Shown here: in pieces, positions 29,880-46,395 of the stretch | Layout of the letters: each line of letters starts with the position of its first letter | How positions within the stretch are numbered: position 1 is the first letter of the stretch | The notes under the pieces: generated by a model | Told to the model about the DNA's origin: nothing | The model's database searches: none | Seen by the model: the letters and a program-made list of their open reading frames with translations, nothing else | Assembly: GCA_002189035.1 (NCBI GenBank) | Contig: NEEC01000008.1 | Span: forward strand, 806,001-870,000 | Origin: Utricularia gibba | Taxonomy: Eukaryota; Plantae; Magnoliophyta | Direction: 5' to 3' | DNA: 64,000 nucleotides | Position numbers and translations under genes: made by a program

Positions 29880-31900
29880 TTTATGAATTGAATTACGTAA
29901 TATATGATTCAAGCCTTATAAAAATAATAAAATTGAAATATACTACGATGTATGCTAAATTGATTTAATAGATGGTAAATGTATTAGAATTAAATTTAAA
30001 TCAATTTGAATTTAATTTGATCGTTAAATACTATGATTCTAATATCGGATGTGTCAATTACATTGATAAATAAGAAGATTTAAAGTGTCTACTCTATCTA
30101 TATATTCACTTTAAAAAACAAAATAGGCTAAAAAAAGTTACTCTAAAAAATATTATAATAGTTTTGTTTTTATATGTTAAATAATAATATAGATGCAATC
30201 TATTAAAATAAAAAACATAGAAGTGCATGGTTCGTGCTCATAAATTAGAATTTAAAACTTTGGGAATCACCGATTAAAAAACTATCCAAATTCCTTGAAA
30301 AACTTAAATCTAATAATCTTGGTACTATTATAGAATAAGAGTACAATAAAAATGCATGTGAACGAAATTTGTTCAATTATGTCTTATAGATAATTTGAGT
30401 TCATCATTAAAGTTTTTCAATATTATCATTGAGTTCTCTGTATTGGTGGCGCTCATTTATACAATAGTTATACTTACAAATTGCTAATATATGTGAGTGT
30501 TGATGAAAGTAAGTATATTTTCTCAATCGGATATGCCTTTGTCTATGGAGAATCATAAGAATATTAGAAATTCTTCTTGCGACAAGTTGACCAACATGTT
30601 GTCTATGGAAGAAATGGTGTTTGTAAGATACTTGATCATGGCCCGGATTTGATTGTTGTATATGAAAGATATGAACGGTTCAGCTATACTTATGAAATAC
30701 ATTATTGGTGCAATTTGTATGTTTGAAAGAATTGTATGTTATTTATTAATAAAAAGTTGAAAGAAGTTGGGTATTCGATCAAAAGGGCATTATATGCAAT
30801 AAATGAAAACAATTTCAATGCAAATATGGTATAAATACTAAAAAAGATTTTATTGATACACGTGATTACTTATTGAAAATTCTAAAATAAAAATTGATAT
30901 TATTTTACAATATAAGACAAATGCATTAAATCTAACGAATTTATCATATTTAATTAAATTATCACATTTTTTATTTGAAACATACACTTAATCATGATAA
31001 CAAATCAGATCAAATTTATTAACAATGTTTTAAGAGTAGCTCAATGTAATTTTCAATTGCACTTGCAAAGATAACTTGCTAATTAATTTATCTTCAATTG
31101 AATATTTTATTTGACGTATTCCATGATACTTTAAAGTAACATTTGAAAAAGCATGTTAGTACTTTAAATGATATAGGATGGCAACATACAAATGATATAC
31201 AAATAAAATATTTTTGAATGATAAGGTTTATGAAAAGTATAAACAAGTATCGAAATTTATACCAAAACTTATATGCACAAAATACGACTCAACAAATCAA
31301 ACTTATACATTGTAACTTCGAATACAATATTTAATAAACATAAAAACGGTTGAAGTCAAAAATAGAAAATGTAAATGCGGGGTTTGATAGATTGATAGAT
31401 ATCCATGTGTTCATGCTCAAATGATAAGTGATTTAAATATCACACTAATTTAATAATATTGTTCAATTTTTTATCTAAAATAAATAATTTGAAGATTTGT
31501 CATCAATTTCATGTGAATCCATTATATACAATGAGTGTTTATTATAACATTATATATTTGATCGAAATACATCTATTAGAATGAAAAAAAAGATGGCATT
31601 CTTCCAATCTCAATTCAAACTTAATCTTCCAACTATTTTTATGGATACTCATCCTTCACGAGAGTCAATATGTCTTGGATATTATGACTTCTGCTTTTCA
31701 ATGATATTCTATATCAATATTGCGATCAAATCCACCTAACTTACCAACAACATTAGCAATAAAAATATAAAAAATTTAAGTCAATGTGTAAATCATTTTT
31801 TTCATTTGATCCATTAATTTTGGCAATTGTCATTTGAGTTATATGATATTTAGCTTATTTGTTTAATAAAATTACTTAAATTGAGTTAATTTTATATTTT
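29880..31900 (+). mobile_element. MULE copy B: internally deleted, decayed relative of the 39.3-43.3 kb element
   Basis: Blocks match 39800-39960, 40890-40950, 41170-41500, 41700-42200 and 42410-42670 by eye. Confidence 0.8.
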
Positions 31901-32399
31901 ATAATTATATATCTATATTTTTTCATTCAAATATATAGACGTCATTATTTTTGTATTAATTCATGAGATAAAAATATCTATATATTTTGAAACTTTCACA
32001 TTGATATAGATATATACATCACAAGTTGATATAACCCTCCAAATAAAAAGTGTTTGACAAACCAAATCTTGGATTCATAAGTAGTAATACTTCAATAAAA
32101 AAAAGAAGTTGGATCTTAAAGATTGGAAATACTTGTAACCCAAATTATGAAATTGTATTACACTTATAGAATATAAAGAAGTAAATGAGAGTGATAAACT
32201 ATACATTAGACATCACAAGTAAGACTTGATAGGTCTTAAATTCTATAAGAACTCAAAGAAGAAATATTGTTTTCAAAATTTATTACAATTAAAGTTATTC
32301 TTAAATAATAGTAAAACACTTCTTATATAAGTGGATAAGTGACTTATTCAAACAGAAGTAATACTAATAAACTAAAAAGTTGATCTATCAACTTAATTC

Positions 32400-33000
32400 A
32401 ACTTAATTAAGTTGAACTCTATACCACAAGTTTCATGATTTTCCTAATTGACTCATTATTCCTTGGGAAGTTCTTGGTGTTTTTTTTGTTTTGATCTTGT
32501 GAGTGGTTCAATTGAAATGAGTAGAGGATTGATGTCTTTATTTTCCTCATTTTCATTATCTTTATATGGAACATCCATAATCTTATCACAAGTCCATCAT
32601 TTATGTATAAAAAATTAGAATTATGTATTATGCCTTCTTTATTTTAAATTCATACTAACTTCAAACTAAGTTTATATAATAAAAGAATACAGTTGATTCA
32701 ATGATCTTGACAACGTACCTACACAATACTTAGATACATCTAAATCATCTTGAACATGTGCACCTCAAGATCATTTGATGAAAGTTATTTAACACATTGT
32801 TCTCAATAATACTCGAGGCCTTTCAAGTGAACAAGACATGAGATGAAATACAAATTTCTACCTAACAATGTTTATATTAATCAAAGTTCAATATTTAGAA
32901 ATTTATCATATGTGAATGTACCATCAATTATTATAATTCCTATGAGTCAAGTAGGTAAATCCTATGTTAAGTGTTCTACAATCAATTGAATATCCTTTAA
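32400..33000 (-). mobile_element. Highly decayed LTR-retrotransposon (possibly Gypsy/CRM-like) remnant
   Basis: Minus-strand NPLLISIEPLTRSKQKK resembles the Gypsy P.TRS/ARAK tail; weak RT-like fragments nearby. Confidence 0.3.
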
Positions 33001-33614
33001 AATTTGATTTAAGTCTATTAGAGTCTAGACTATCTTGTCAATCTATTACTTTATTTAATAAGATTATTCCACGTTTTTTTTGTTCAAACACATAATCATA
33101 ATGAATATTTTTTGTATCATATTTTTTATTATTGAATATTAATTAATTTATACTCTTAAATGTGTGTTATTAGATACTAATGGAGTATCTAAAGAAATTT
33201 ACATTTTTATGTTGAGTGCAATGTAATAAATAAATAATAAAGATTTTTGAATATTTAGAAAATAATATAAAAATAAAAATCATACCAATATATGGTTTAT
33301 TACAAAGCTTTTGTAGAATGCATAAATAAGAAATATGTTAAAAAGAAACACCACCGAGAAATATACTTATACATATAATGTCGTATATTACAAAGCTTTG
33401 CAATAAAATTAGTTATTTCGCAAATAAAAAATCAAACAATTAATTTGGTTAAACAATGTTCCGTACGTTTCTGTAGGAAGGCTGAGGAAATGCTCACAAT
33501 TTTCCGTATGCATCTGAACCAGTCTGAATCATGAGGAACAAAGGGGGAGAAGAAGTTCACCATGAACACAGTAGCTCAGCTTCTGATCTTCCAATAATCG
33601 AGCTCCTTAGTTCA

Positions 33615-35232
33615 TTAAGCACGGCGCATCGTGCGTTTTGGTTTCTTGACATAGCTTAGCCTGATTTTCTTGAGGCGTCTTCTCTTCCTGGCCATCTTCT
33701 CGGGGAGCGTTTCCCTTTTGCTTTCCCTCTTCGCGCCTGCTGCAGCTTTCTTTTGACAAACTTGGGATCCACCCTGTATTCCTTTGGCTCCACAGGTATT
33801 CCATTGCTCTCAGCTTCCTTGTAGAGTGCATTGGCCTTGTCAAAACGCCCATGAGCGCATAGTTTTGCCATCAACAGGTCATATGTTTTGATGCCAGGTT
33901 GACAACCATCCCTTTTCATCATTTCAAAAACTCTCAAAGCATGGTAGAATCTTTCGATTCCGCACAAAGCACGGATGAATTCGTAGTAAACCTTCTTATC
34001 TAGAGCATCTCCATAACCAGCGGATTTCATCTTATCGATCATCTCATCTCCTTCCCCCACACGGGCTGCCTGATACAAACTCTTGGTAAGGACGATAAAG
34101 GTAGTTTCATTGGGTGGCAGCTCCACTCCCCCATCCTGGAAAACAGTTTCACTGCATCCTCCGTTTTCCTAATCTTGCATAAGTTGGTAATCAGTATGTT
34201 AAATGTGTCCACGTTGCGGGGAACACCCTTTCTTTCCATCTCAATCAACAGATTCTGCGTCTCAGATTCAAGCCGGAAGGGATCCTTCTGCCTGCAAAGC
34301 CTACAAACACAGTCTAGAAGACAATTGTATGCAAATGTACTTATCTCGAAGCCTCCTCTGGACATCTCATTCATCAATCTTCTTGCCTCTTCTAATTTTC
34401 CATCTACACACCACCCACTGATCAAGGCATCACAAATGTAGTCATCAGGAAAGAACTCATTAGCCAAACTCTTGACCATCTTTTCAGCATAGCTGGCGTA
34501 CCCTCGCTCGCAGAGACTGGAAACAACAAACTTCAAAGAACTCATATCTCTTTTAAAACCATAATCTTTCTTCATCTTACCAAATAATGCAACGGTATCA
34601 CTTGGTCTACCGGCCCGAACCAAGCGATCAACAAAAGCTTCAAAACATTTCACCCCAACTACCCCACGGCCATCAACCAGAGCCTCATGGATAGCCTTAA
34701 AATCCTTCCTTCTCCCAAAATAATGTACCCAATAAGAGTAAACCTCATCCGTGGCTTCAAACCCCGGCCTTGATTTCGCCCATTGGAGGAAATCAAGCGC
34801 CGCACGACCCGCATCAGGCGAAATGTTGAGCGTGGCAAGCAGCAAGGTGGGATTAATGGTCACATGAGAAAATGAGAAGTCGAGACTTTTAAGCAACGGG
34901 AGACTTTCCGCTTCCGGCGATTGCAAGAGCTCATTAGAGAGAAGTTTCGCCGAGGCATCTTCATCTTCTCCAACTTCCTTTTGTTTCTCACCAACAGAGG
35001 ATCCCGAGGCGACATCTATATTCGTAGAGAAAAGCCTTGCGCTCGCGGAGAAGAGCTGAAATTGAGGAACAGAGAAGGGATTCTCATACACTGTACATCG
35101 ATAAGGCTCCCGCCCCAGAACAGGATACGGATGCGTAAAAATCAAGCGGTTCAACGATCTTGGAGCTCTGGAGATGCTGCGAAGGCATTGACGCAAGTTT
35201 GGCGCCAAGGAAGAAATCAAGGGCTTGCGCAT
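33615..35232 (-). CDS. PNM1: P-type PPR protein, PNM1-like (mitochondrial/nuclear; mitoribosome-associated); single exon with two apparent 1-nt frameshifts (about 34113 and about 33752)
   Basis: Mitochondrial-type presequence, PPR repeats (YNCLLDCVC, TFNILITNL, TYDLLMAKL) and basic C-terminus KRETLPEKMARKRRRLKKIRLSYVKKPKRTMRRA, as recalled for PNM1. Confidence 0.85.
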
Positions 35233-35463
35233 TTTCACAGAAAAGAGGAACTGGAGTGAAGCAGGAAGCAGTTCTGGAGGTGCGACGAAAACCTATGACG
35301 GCGTCGTATTAGTGGGTGGGCTTTTGGGATTCAGTGTTTGGGCTCGGCCCATTATATCATTTTAGGCCGTTAGAGGTTTAGTATATAAATGTTAGGGCTC
35401 CTCCAAATTAGGGTACTGAACGGGGAATCGTAATCGATTGCTGCTCCTTCGGTGCCTTCAGCC
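35233..35463. promoter_or_regulatory. Bidirectional promoter between PNM1-like and RPL36a (231 bp between start codons)
   Basis: Head-to-head ATGs at 35232 and 35464; site II TGGGCT at 35317 and 35339, GGCCCA at 35346; TATATAAA at 35382. Confidence 0.8.
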
Positions 35464-36445
<982 letters not shown>

Positions 36446-36600
36446 GCCAAGGACTAGGGTCCGGAGTCGCTGCTCGTTTTGTGGACTTCGCCCTTCTGCA
36501 TGATGCTTTATTTGATGAACCTGTCTTAATTGGGCTTGTTTCCTGGTTTCAAACCTCTTACAAGCTTGCTGTTTTCCTAGAAGAATACATTTGGTTGGAA

Positions 36601-38403
36601 CTAATGCTCCTTTAATTTTGAAATCATATAAAAGATCTTGTACAAGAGCTCATCAGTGCCCTCTGCATTTGATGGGAAAGGATTAGTCCAGTCCTGATAC
36701 CGGTGTAGACTGCCAGTGAAGTCTGTGAATAGCCCATCAACACCCATCTTGTGGATCCAGTAATCATATTCAAGGTATGGATCTTGGCTGAAATTGAAAT
36801 GTAAAAATTGGTTCTCATTCCTGTAGGTGTATGGATGCACCTGCATCAAGATGAATGGTAGTTAGTACATGAGGTATTCGAGAAACCATGTTTTTGAGTA
36901 GAACCTCTCTCTGTACCTGGAGATTACGAGCGTGTGCCCTGGATATGAGATCTGTTGGCGCTTCTAAATAGTTGTTTACCGGAGGATCGAGTGTGTCCTT
37001 CCATGGACCAATTCCGACAACATAATTCTTGATGTAGTCGAGATACTTATTCGAAGTGATCTCGTAGAATGTCTGGCCATGGATGCAGTGTAGCACAGTT
37101 AGGGTAATTTAAGATGAGTTTCATGATGTATATGCCCAGGGTTGAGAGGGTGACCTGATTTGTGTCCTGAGTGGGAATGTCAACATCATCGATGAGAAAA
37201 ATCTTGGGCAGATCAGTGAGGGAGGCAGCGTAGATGAGAGAAGTGGGGGCAAAAGATTGAATGAAACAGGGCTGCTTAAGCCATGACTCTGTCAAATAAT
37301 CCCCTTTGTATCCATACTTCACAAGAGTCTTCACGAACACATCCTCCACCCGCTGACCTGCAGGCCATTTTACCTGTTGGTACAATGCAATGGTGATACA
37401 CAATTTTCATTTCTTTTTTGTACTTGTGACCCCGAAGGCAGTCTCATGGAAATAACACTCACATGCTGGTTGATGAACACTGGATTCTTGATCTCTGGAT
37501 AGATGCCCACAACTCGAGAAGCATTGAGAGCAATCTCAATGAACTCTTCAAAGGTGATGATGTGATACCTTCCTGCAGACAGGCTCAGTACATGTAACTT
37601 CGTGCAATGTAACCTTTTGCATTTCATAAACTGGAGGATGCTTGCTGCATACCGTTGTACTGCTGATCACGAAAAGAATACCTCTGGTTCAGCCTCAGTG
37701 TTTTCAGTTCTTCCAGTGTGAAGTCAACTGTACATGGATACATGTTTAAGGCGATGAGGGTCTGAACAAGAATGCATCAGAAGCAAGAGGGCTACCGGTG
37801 AAGAAGCCAGTAACATTCTGTCCCTGCACTACGTAGGTTCTATTCCTGCCAGCAAACTCCTTGTGACTAGCAATGTTCGTCACAGCATCAAGAGTGAGAT
37901 CATGGAAGCATATCAGAAAACCGTCTTTTGATGCTATAATGTCCGTCTCTATGAAATCAGCACCTTCCTTAATAGCTCTCTGCAATTCTACCAAGCCATA
38001 TGTCAAAGAAAAATCTCGCACACCGTGAGCAGAGGATTCTGGAAACTCAAATCAATTCCGTTTCAACAAATCGCATCAACCAAAGCGTGAAATCAGCGGC
38101 GCAAAATCATGGAGTCAGTACGGATTCATATAACCCTACCTTGTAAGCTGGTCCAGATTCTTCTGGAAGCTCCCCATTGGCGCCACGATGAGCGATGTTG
38201 TAGGCGCGAAAGGTCTGAAGTTGTGTCTTCTGGAGATTCTGATTACCATCGCTAGGCAGAGGACTAAAAACCCTCGCCGCGGAGCATATCGGCACAAGAA
38301 GCAGCAATAGGAGGAGTACGCCTATAGAAATATGAACCCGATCATCATCGAATCATCGCAACAGTCGACAAGCCAATTCACCGCGCTCACCATTTGAAGC
38401 CAT
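36601..38403 (-). CDS. GDPD6: Glycerophosphodiester phosphodiesterase, GDPD5/6-type, secreted
   Basis: Signal peptide; YNIAHRGANGELPEE, ADFIETDI..KDG.LICFHD, GIYPEIKNP, FIQSFAPTSL, VHPYTYRNE, GVDGLFTDF; all exons join in frame. Confidence 0.9.
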
Positions 38404-39275
38404 TGGAGAAGTCCGAAAGCAGCAGCAGCGACCGATAATATTCTTGCCGGCATAATCATGGGGATATAAATAAAGAGGGTGTTTATCTCTCCCTCCCATT
38501 TTTTTTTTAAAAAAATACTGTAATATGTTTCATCTGTAACATTATATAAACAAATGTGACTGAACTGACTTTCAAGCCAAAAGTCATGATTTCCTAAATG
38601 AAAAAGAATCTTCCATATCGATCTGCTATCTTACACTTGAGAGTAGGCCGTTGACTTTTCAGGGAGGTTTGAAAGTCAACGAGACTCCCCAGATTTGACT
38701 CCTCACTTTCTAATTGCATTTTAATGCACATTATTTCACAATTTGAACCAGAGGTCGGTCCCCTGCCTCCTCCACATCACCATGAAATGAATATCAACGA
38801 GTTTTGTTACCCTAAAGCATTTTTTTATTAATTTAATGCATATATCTACTAATGATTACAAAATTTGAATAATAATTTTATTATACAATTTATAAATCAT
38901 GAAATAAATTAATTTTTCATTCACATTAATTTAGATTATTTATTTAGTACTGATAACTTATAATTATATTTTTTGAATAATTAATATGCATTTAATTTTC
39001 TTGAAATGTTTATATTTAGGTCCCATATCAACAATTATTGATATTGAAACTGTGATTTGAGAAATTTTTAAAAACTATTTTTATTTTAAAAATAGAATTA
39101 ATTTGTTGTGAAGACTCAACTTTCTCTGAAAATAAAAAAAATAAAACATAAAATTATAAAAATTTCGATGTCCAAAACCAATAGACATTTTTTTTCTTTT
39201 TCTGCCTCTTTCGACATCTTTTTTTCTTTTCTGCCTAAACACGGCATTTACTTAATCCCAGCTCCGTCGCTATGT

Positions 39276-42200
39276 AGATGTACTTAACTATTTTGGTTTC
39301 TAAAATAAATGAGGTTGATAAATAATTACTGAAATAGATGTAGTTTTTTTTCTGATTTGATAAATAAATGATATTACTAAAATATTAAATTTTAAGTATT
39401 TAATTATTTATTTTCAATGAATTTAAATGACAATAAATATTCTTATGAATTGATTATATCTAAATAATGCTTTAATATTTAATTAATTTAATAAAATTAA
39501 AGTTTTTTAACATTTAAAATATATAAATGATAGCTTGGATGTTTTTAAAATAATTTTGTAAGACAAAACAAGTGATTGATTTTAAGATAATAAAGTTGTG
39601 GATAATCATGAGATATACAAATGAATGGTTTAAATTCCATCTTGTAACAAAAATATCTCCAAACTTTCTTTATAAATAAGTTCATGATTTCATGAAAACT
39701 CACACAAAACTTTTCAATTTTCTTAACTTCTTGTTGTTCATTACAGCAATGAAGAAAGTAGTGGTTAAGATTTTCTATGTATAAAATCTTATTCGCGATC
39801 AATTGGATTATGTATCATATGATTGAGATCCAATAAAAATAATAAAATTGAAATACACTACGATGTATGAAAAATTAGTTGAGTATCTTGCAAATGAATT
39901 AGAATTAAATTTAAATTCTCTTGAATTTAATTTATCAACTAAGTTCTATGATTCTAATACCGAAAGTGCCAATTATATGGATATTACAAACATAGAAATG
40001 TTGCGATTTGTTTTGAAGCTACATAACTCAGAATATGGTATTGACTTGTTCGTGAGTACAAGAGCTAAGTGGGGTGACATTTCAACAAATTATCAAGGTA
40101 TATTTTCTATTATCTTATTGAACTTGCGAGTGAACCACGTTATAATATTGCGCATCCATTAAATGATGATCAAGGAGAATTTGATCCGTTTTGGAATCAA
40201 ACAACTCAAGTTGATTATGCGAGTTTTCATTATAGTGAATCTAATATCTCACATCATGAAGTTTCAAACACCTATAACAGTAATGAAGACTCAACATATA
40301 TTCCTAATGAGGAAGAAGATGAATTATAAGAAGTTCAATACATGTGGAATGAGGAATCTGGTGAATCTGATGAATCTTCTATGGAAGATGAAGATATGGA
40401 TTTTTACATCCCAAAACAAACTAATCATTTTTATTTATGCATATGAGTTTCAAGATAGAGTTCAAATAAACACTTATGATGTTGATAACAAAATTTTGGA
40501 AGAAGGTATGCATTTCAAAGATAAACAGGAGCTTATTGATGCAATGACTCTCTATCATGTAAAAGTTGCACATAGAGAAATTAGAGTGGAAAGCAATTCT
40601 CAGAAACAATATTGCATCCGGTGCCGACAAAATAAGGAAGAGAACTCTAATTGCTCGTTCTATCTATGGGTTGGCTTTCAAAAACAAACTGGAACTTGGA
40701 AGATTTCTAAGTTGGTGCAACCTCATACATGTGAGATAAGTTTTAGCATTTCCAAGTCAAATGTTAATTTGACTATAAAGTATATTGCACCAAGGTTAAA
40801 AGAACTTGCTTCAGAAAAGCTTATTTTTTAATTTGTGCGCTTATATGTTAAACACCAATGGGGATGCAATATATCGAAATTAAAGGCATGGAAGTGTATA
40901 GTTCGTGCTCATGAATTAGAATTTGAAACTTGGGAATCCAGTTAGAGAGCTACCAAGGTTTTTTTGAAGATGTTAAGTCTAGTAATCCTAGCACCATTGT
41001 AGAATGGGAGCACAATAAAGATGTATATGGGCGAAATTTATTATAGTATGTCTTTTGGGCATTTGGATTTACTATTCAAGGCTTTGAGTATTGTCGCCCG
41101 ATTCTCTGTATTGATGGCACTCATTTCTATAGTAGTTATAATTACAAGTTGCTAGTATGTGTAGGTATTGATGGAAGTAATTGTGTTTTTCCGATCGCAT
41201 ATGCTTTTGTTTATGGAGAATCAGAAGAAGATTGGGAATTCTTCATCTGACAACTTGATCGACATGTTGTCTGTGGAAGAAATGGTGTTCGTATGATAAG
41301 TGATCGTGGTTCTGGTTTGATCGCCGCATATAAAAGATATGAACGATTTAGCTATACTTATAGGATACATCATTAGTGTAATTTTCATATTCAAAAGAAT
41401 TGCATGTCATTTATTAATATGAAGTCGAAGGAAGTTAGATATTGGATTGAAAGGGCATCATATGCTAGAAATGAAAAAGATTTCAATGCAACGATGACAT
41501 AATTACAAAAAAGAGCTCTTGATGCAATTGATTACTTGCTGAAAATTCCAAAAGAAGAACAGACGTTACTTTACGGTGGTAGATATAGGTAAATGAATTT
41601 AATGAATTTTTTTTAAATTTAATTAAATTACTTAATTTTTTCTATTTAAAACAATCACTTGATCATGACCACAAACCATGCGGAGTTTATGAACAATGTT
41701 TTACAAGCAGCTCGAAGAAGACCTCCAACTACCCTTGTAATATAATTGACATATTATATAATACTTTAAGTTAACATTTGAGAAAGCACGTGAGTATTTC
41801 AAGTGATACAGGGTGGCAGCATATGAACGACATACAAATTGAATATTTTTGGGTGATAAGATGTACGAAAAATATGAGAAAGCATCAAGACTTATATCAA
41901 ATCTTACTTGCAAGATATACGACTCAAGAAATCAAACTTGTATAGTGAAGCTTCGAATGTAGCATTCTGTAGACACAAAAACAGTCGAAGTTCGAGATGG
42001 AAAATGTGAATACGGGATTTGGTATATTGATCAATATCTATGTGTTCATGCCCAAATGGTAAGTGGTTTATACCTCACACTAATTTAATACTATTGTTCA
42101 TTTTTTATATCTAAAGTGAATAATATGCAGGTTTGTCATCAATTCCGTGTGAATCCGCTGCATAGGACAAGTCCTTATTACAGTACTATGTATTTGGTTA

Positions 42201-43272
42201 ACATTTATGCTGGAGTTGTTAACACTTTACGTGATGAGCATAATTGGGGTGACGCACCATTCCAGGTTTTCATGGATCCTTTGCGAAAAAGGAAGAAATC
42301 AGGCCATGACAATACTAATAGACATAGGGGTCCCGTTGATTACCAACAGAGTGGTAAACATGGATCACGACGCAAATAGAAATCAAAGGACACTTCCCAG
42401 GATGATAGACGAGACAACATTCTCCCAACTTCAATGCAAACTTCATCTTCATATCATTCTTATAGACATTCATCATTTCATGAGAGTCACTATACACTAG
42501 GTATCATGACTCCTATTATTGCACGACATTCTACATCAATATCGTGATCAAAGCCATCTGACTTGCCAACAACGTCAACAACTCAATCCAAAAAGTCAAA
42601 GTCAAAGAGTAAACCGTTTTTTTTCTTTTGATTTGTTAATTTCAGTATTTTCATTTGAATTATGTAATATCTTACTCCTTTGTTTGGTGAGATTGGTTAA
42701 ATATTGAATTTTTTATTTTTTATTATAAATAATATGTAATATCATATGTCATGGTATAAAATAAATGAAAATTAATTATGTATAATTTTATATAATTCAT
42801 AATCTAAATCAATATGATTTTTGAACAAAATCAATGAAATAAATGAAAAAATTATCAAAAATGAAAAACACAAATGATAAAATTAACTTTTTGAAACAAA
42901 TGTAATAAGATTACAAATCATAAAAAACAAATAAATAATTTTTTACATTTATTTAAATTTAAACAAATGATTTATATATAAAACTTGATTATTTTTTTAT
43001 TTTCTAAATTAAATATATGATTTATATAATTATTTATAAAAAAACTTATAGTAATATTAATTCATTTATATTAAATAGCATACATTATTTTGAAATATTA
43101 TGAAAATAATATATAATCATTTATTTAATAATTTTTAACAATAATTAGTTACATTGTTTTTATAAAGTTTTTAAACTCATTTATTTTGTAAATCAAAACT
43201 CAATCATCATCTATTTTAGAAACCATTTTTAAACATCATCTATTTTGACAAACAAAAACTGAAAGTACATCT
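39276..43272 (+). mobile_element. MULE/MuDR element copy C with terminal inverted repeats and decayed transposase (about 39850-42380)
   Basis: Ends AGATGTACTT (39276) / AAGTACATCT (43263-43272) with further subterminal symmetry; MuDR domain (EGMHFKDKQEL..WKISKLVQPHTC), MULE domain (CRPILCIDGTH..FPIAYA..GESEEDW..ISDRGSGL), SWIM-like segment; stops and frameshifts. Confidence 0.88.
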
Positions 43273-43568
43273 AAACACGGCATTTACTTAATCCCTCCCT
43301 CTTTCATAGCTACATATCTTTACGGCTAAGGAATGGGAAATCTTTCTCCTGTTCCCGCGCCCCATATCTTTACGGCTAAGGAATGGCATTTACATAATAT
43401 TTCTTGACTTGGGAGCGCCTAATTCATTCATTGCATGTCCTCCAAAGCACAACATATCATGAACGTATACGGGTAGGTTCCTTCAGGCTGCCGAGGGGGC
43501 GAAAAAACAAAAGAATAAAACAGACAGTGGGCAATGTGTTTGTTCCTTTTCTTACCTGGATGCGTTTC

Positions 43569-46194
<2,626 letters not shown>

Positions 46195-46395
46195 GCCCGA
46201 ATTTTCTGAAATTTCAGACACACCCCTCAGTTTCGCTGTATTGTTAAATAAGACACCATACACGCGTGTCGCGCGTGCGCTTGTAAATTATTTAGACATT
46301 TTATTTGTTTCGACGGAAAAATAAATAAAAAAAAAACTAAAGTATTTCTCATACAAGCATACGTTCACTTGCAGACATCATGCCAAAACAGAGTG

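Noticed and set aside
33656-35238. Two separate PPR ORFs (399 aa and 156 aa)
   Set aside because: They are one PNM1-like reading frame broken by a 1-nt homopolymer indel.
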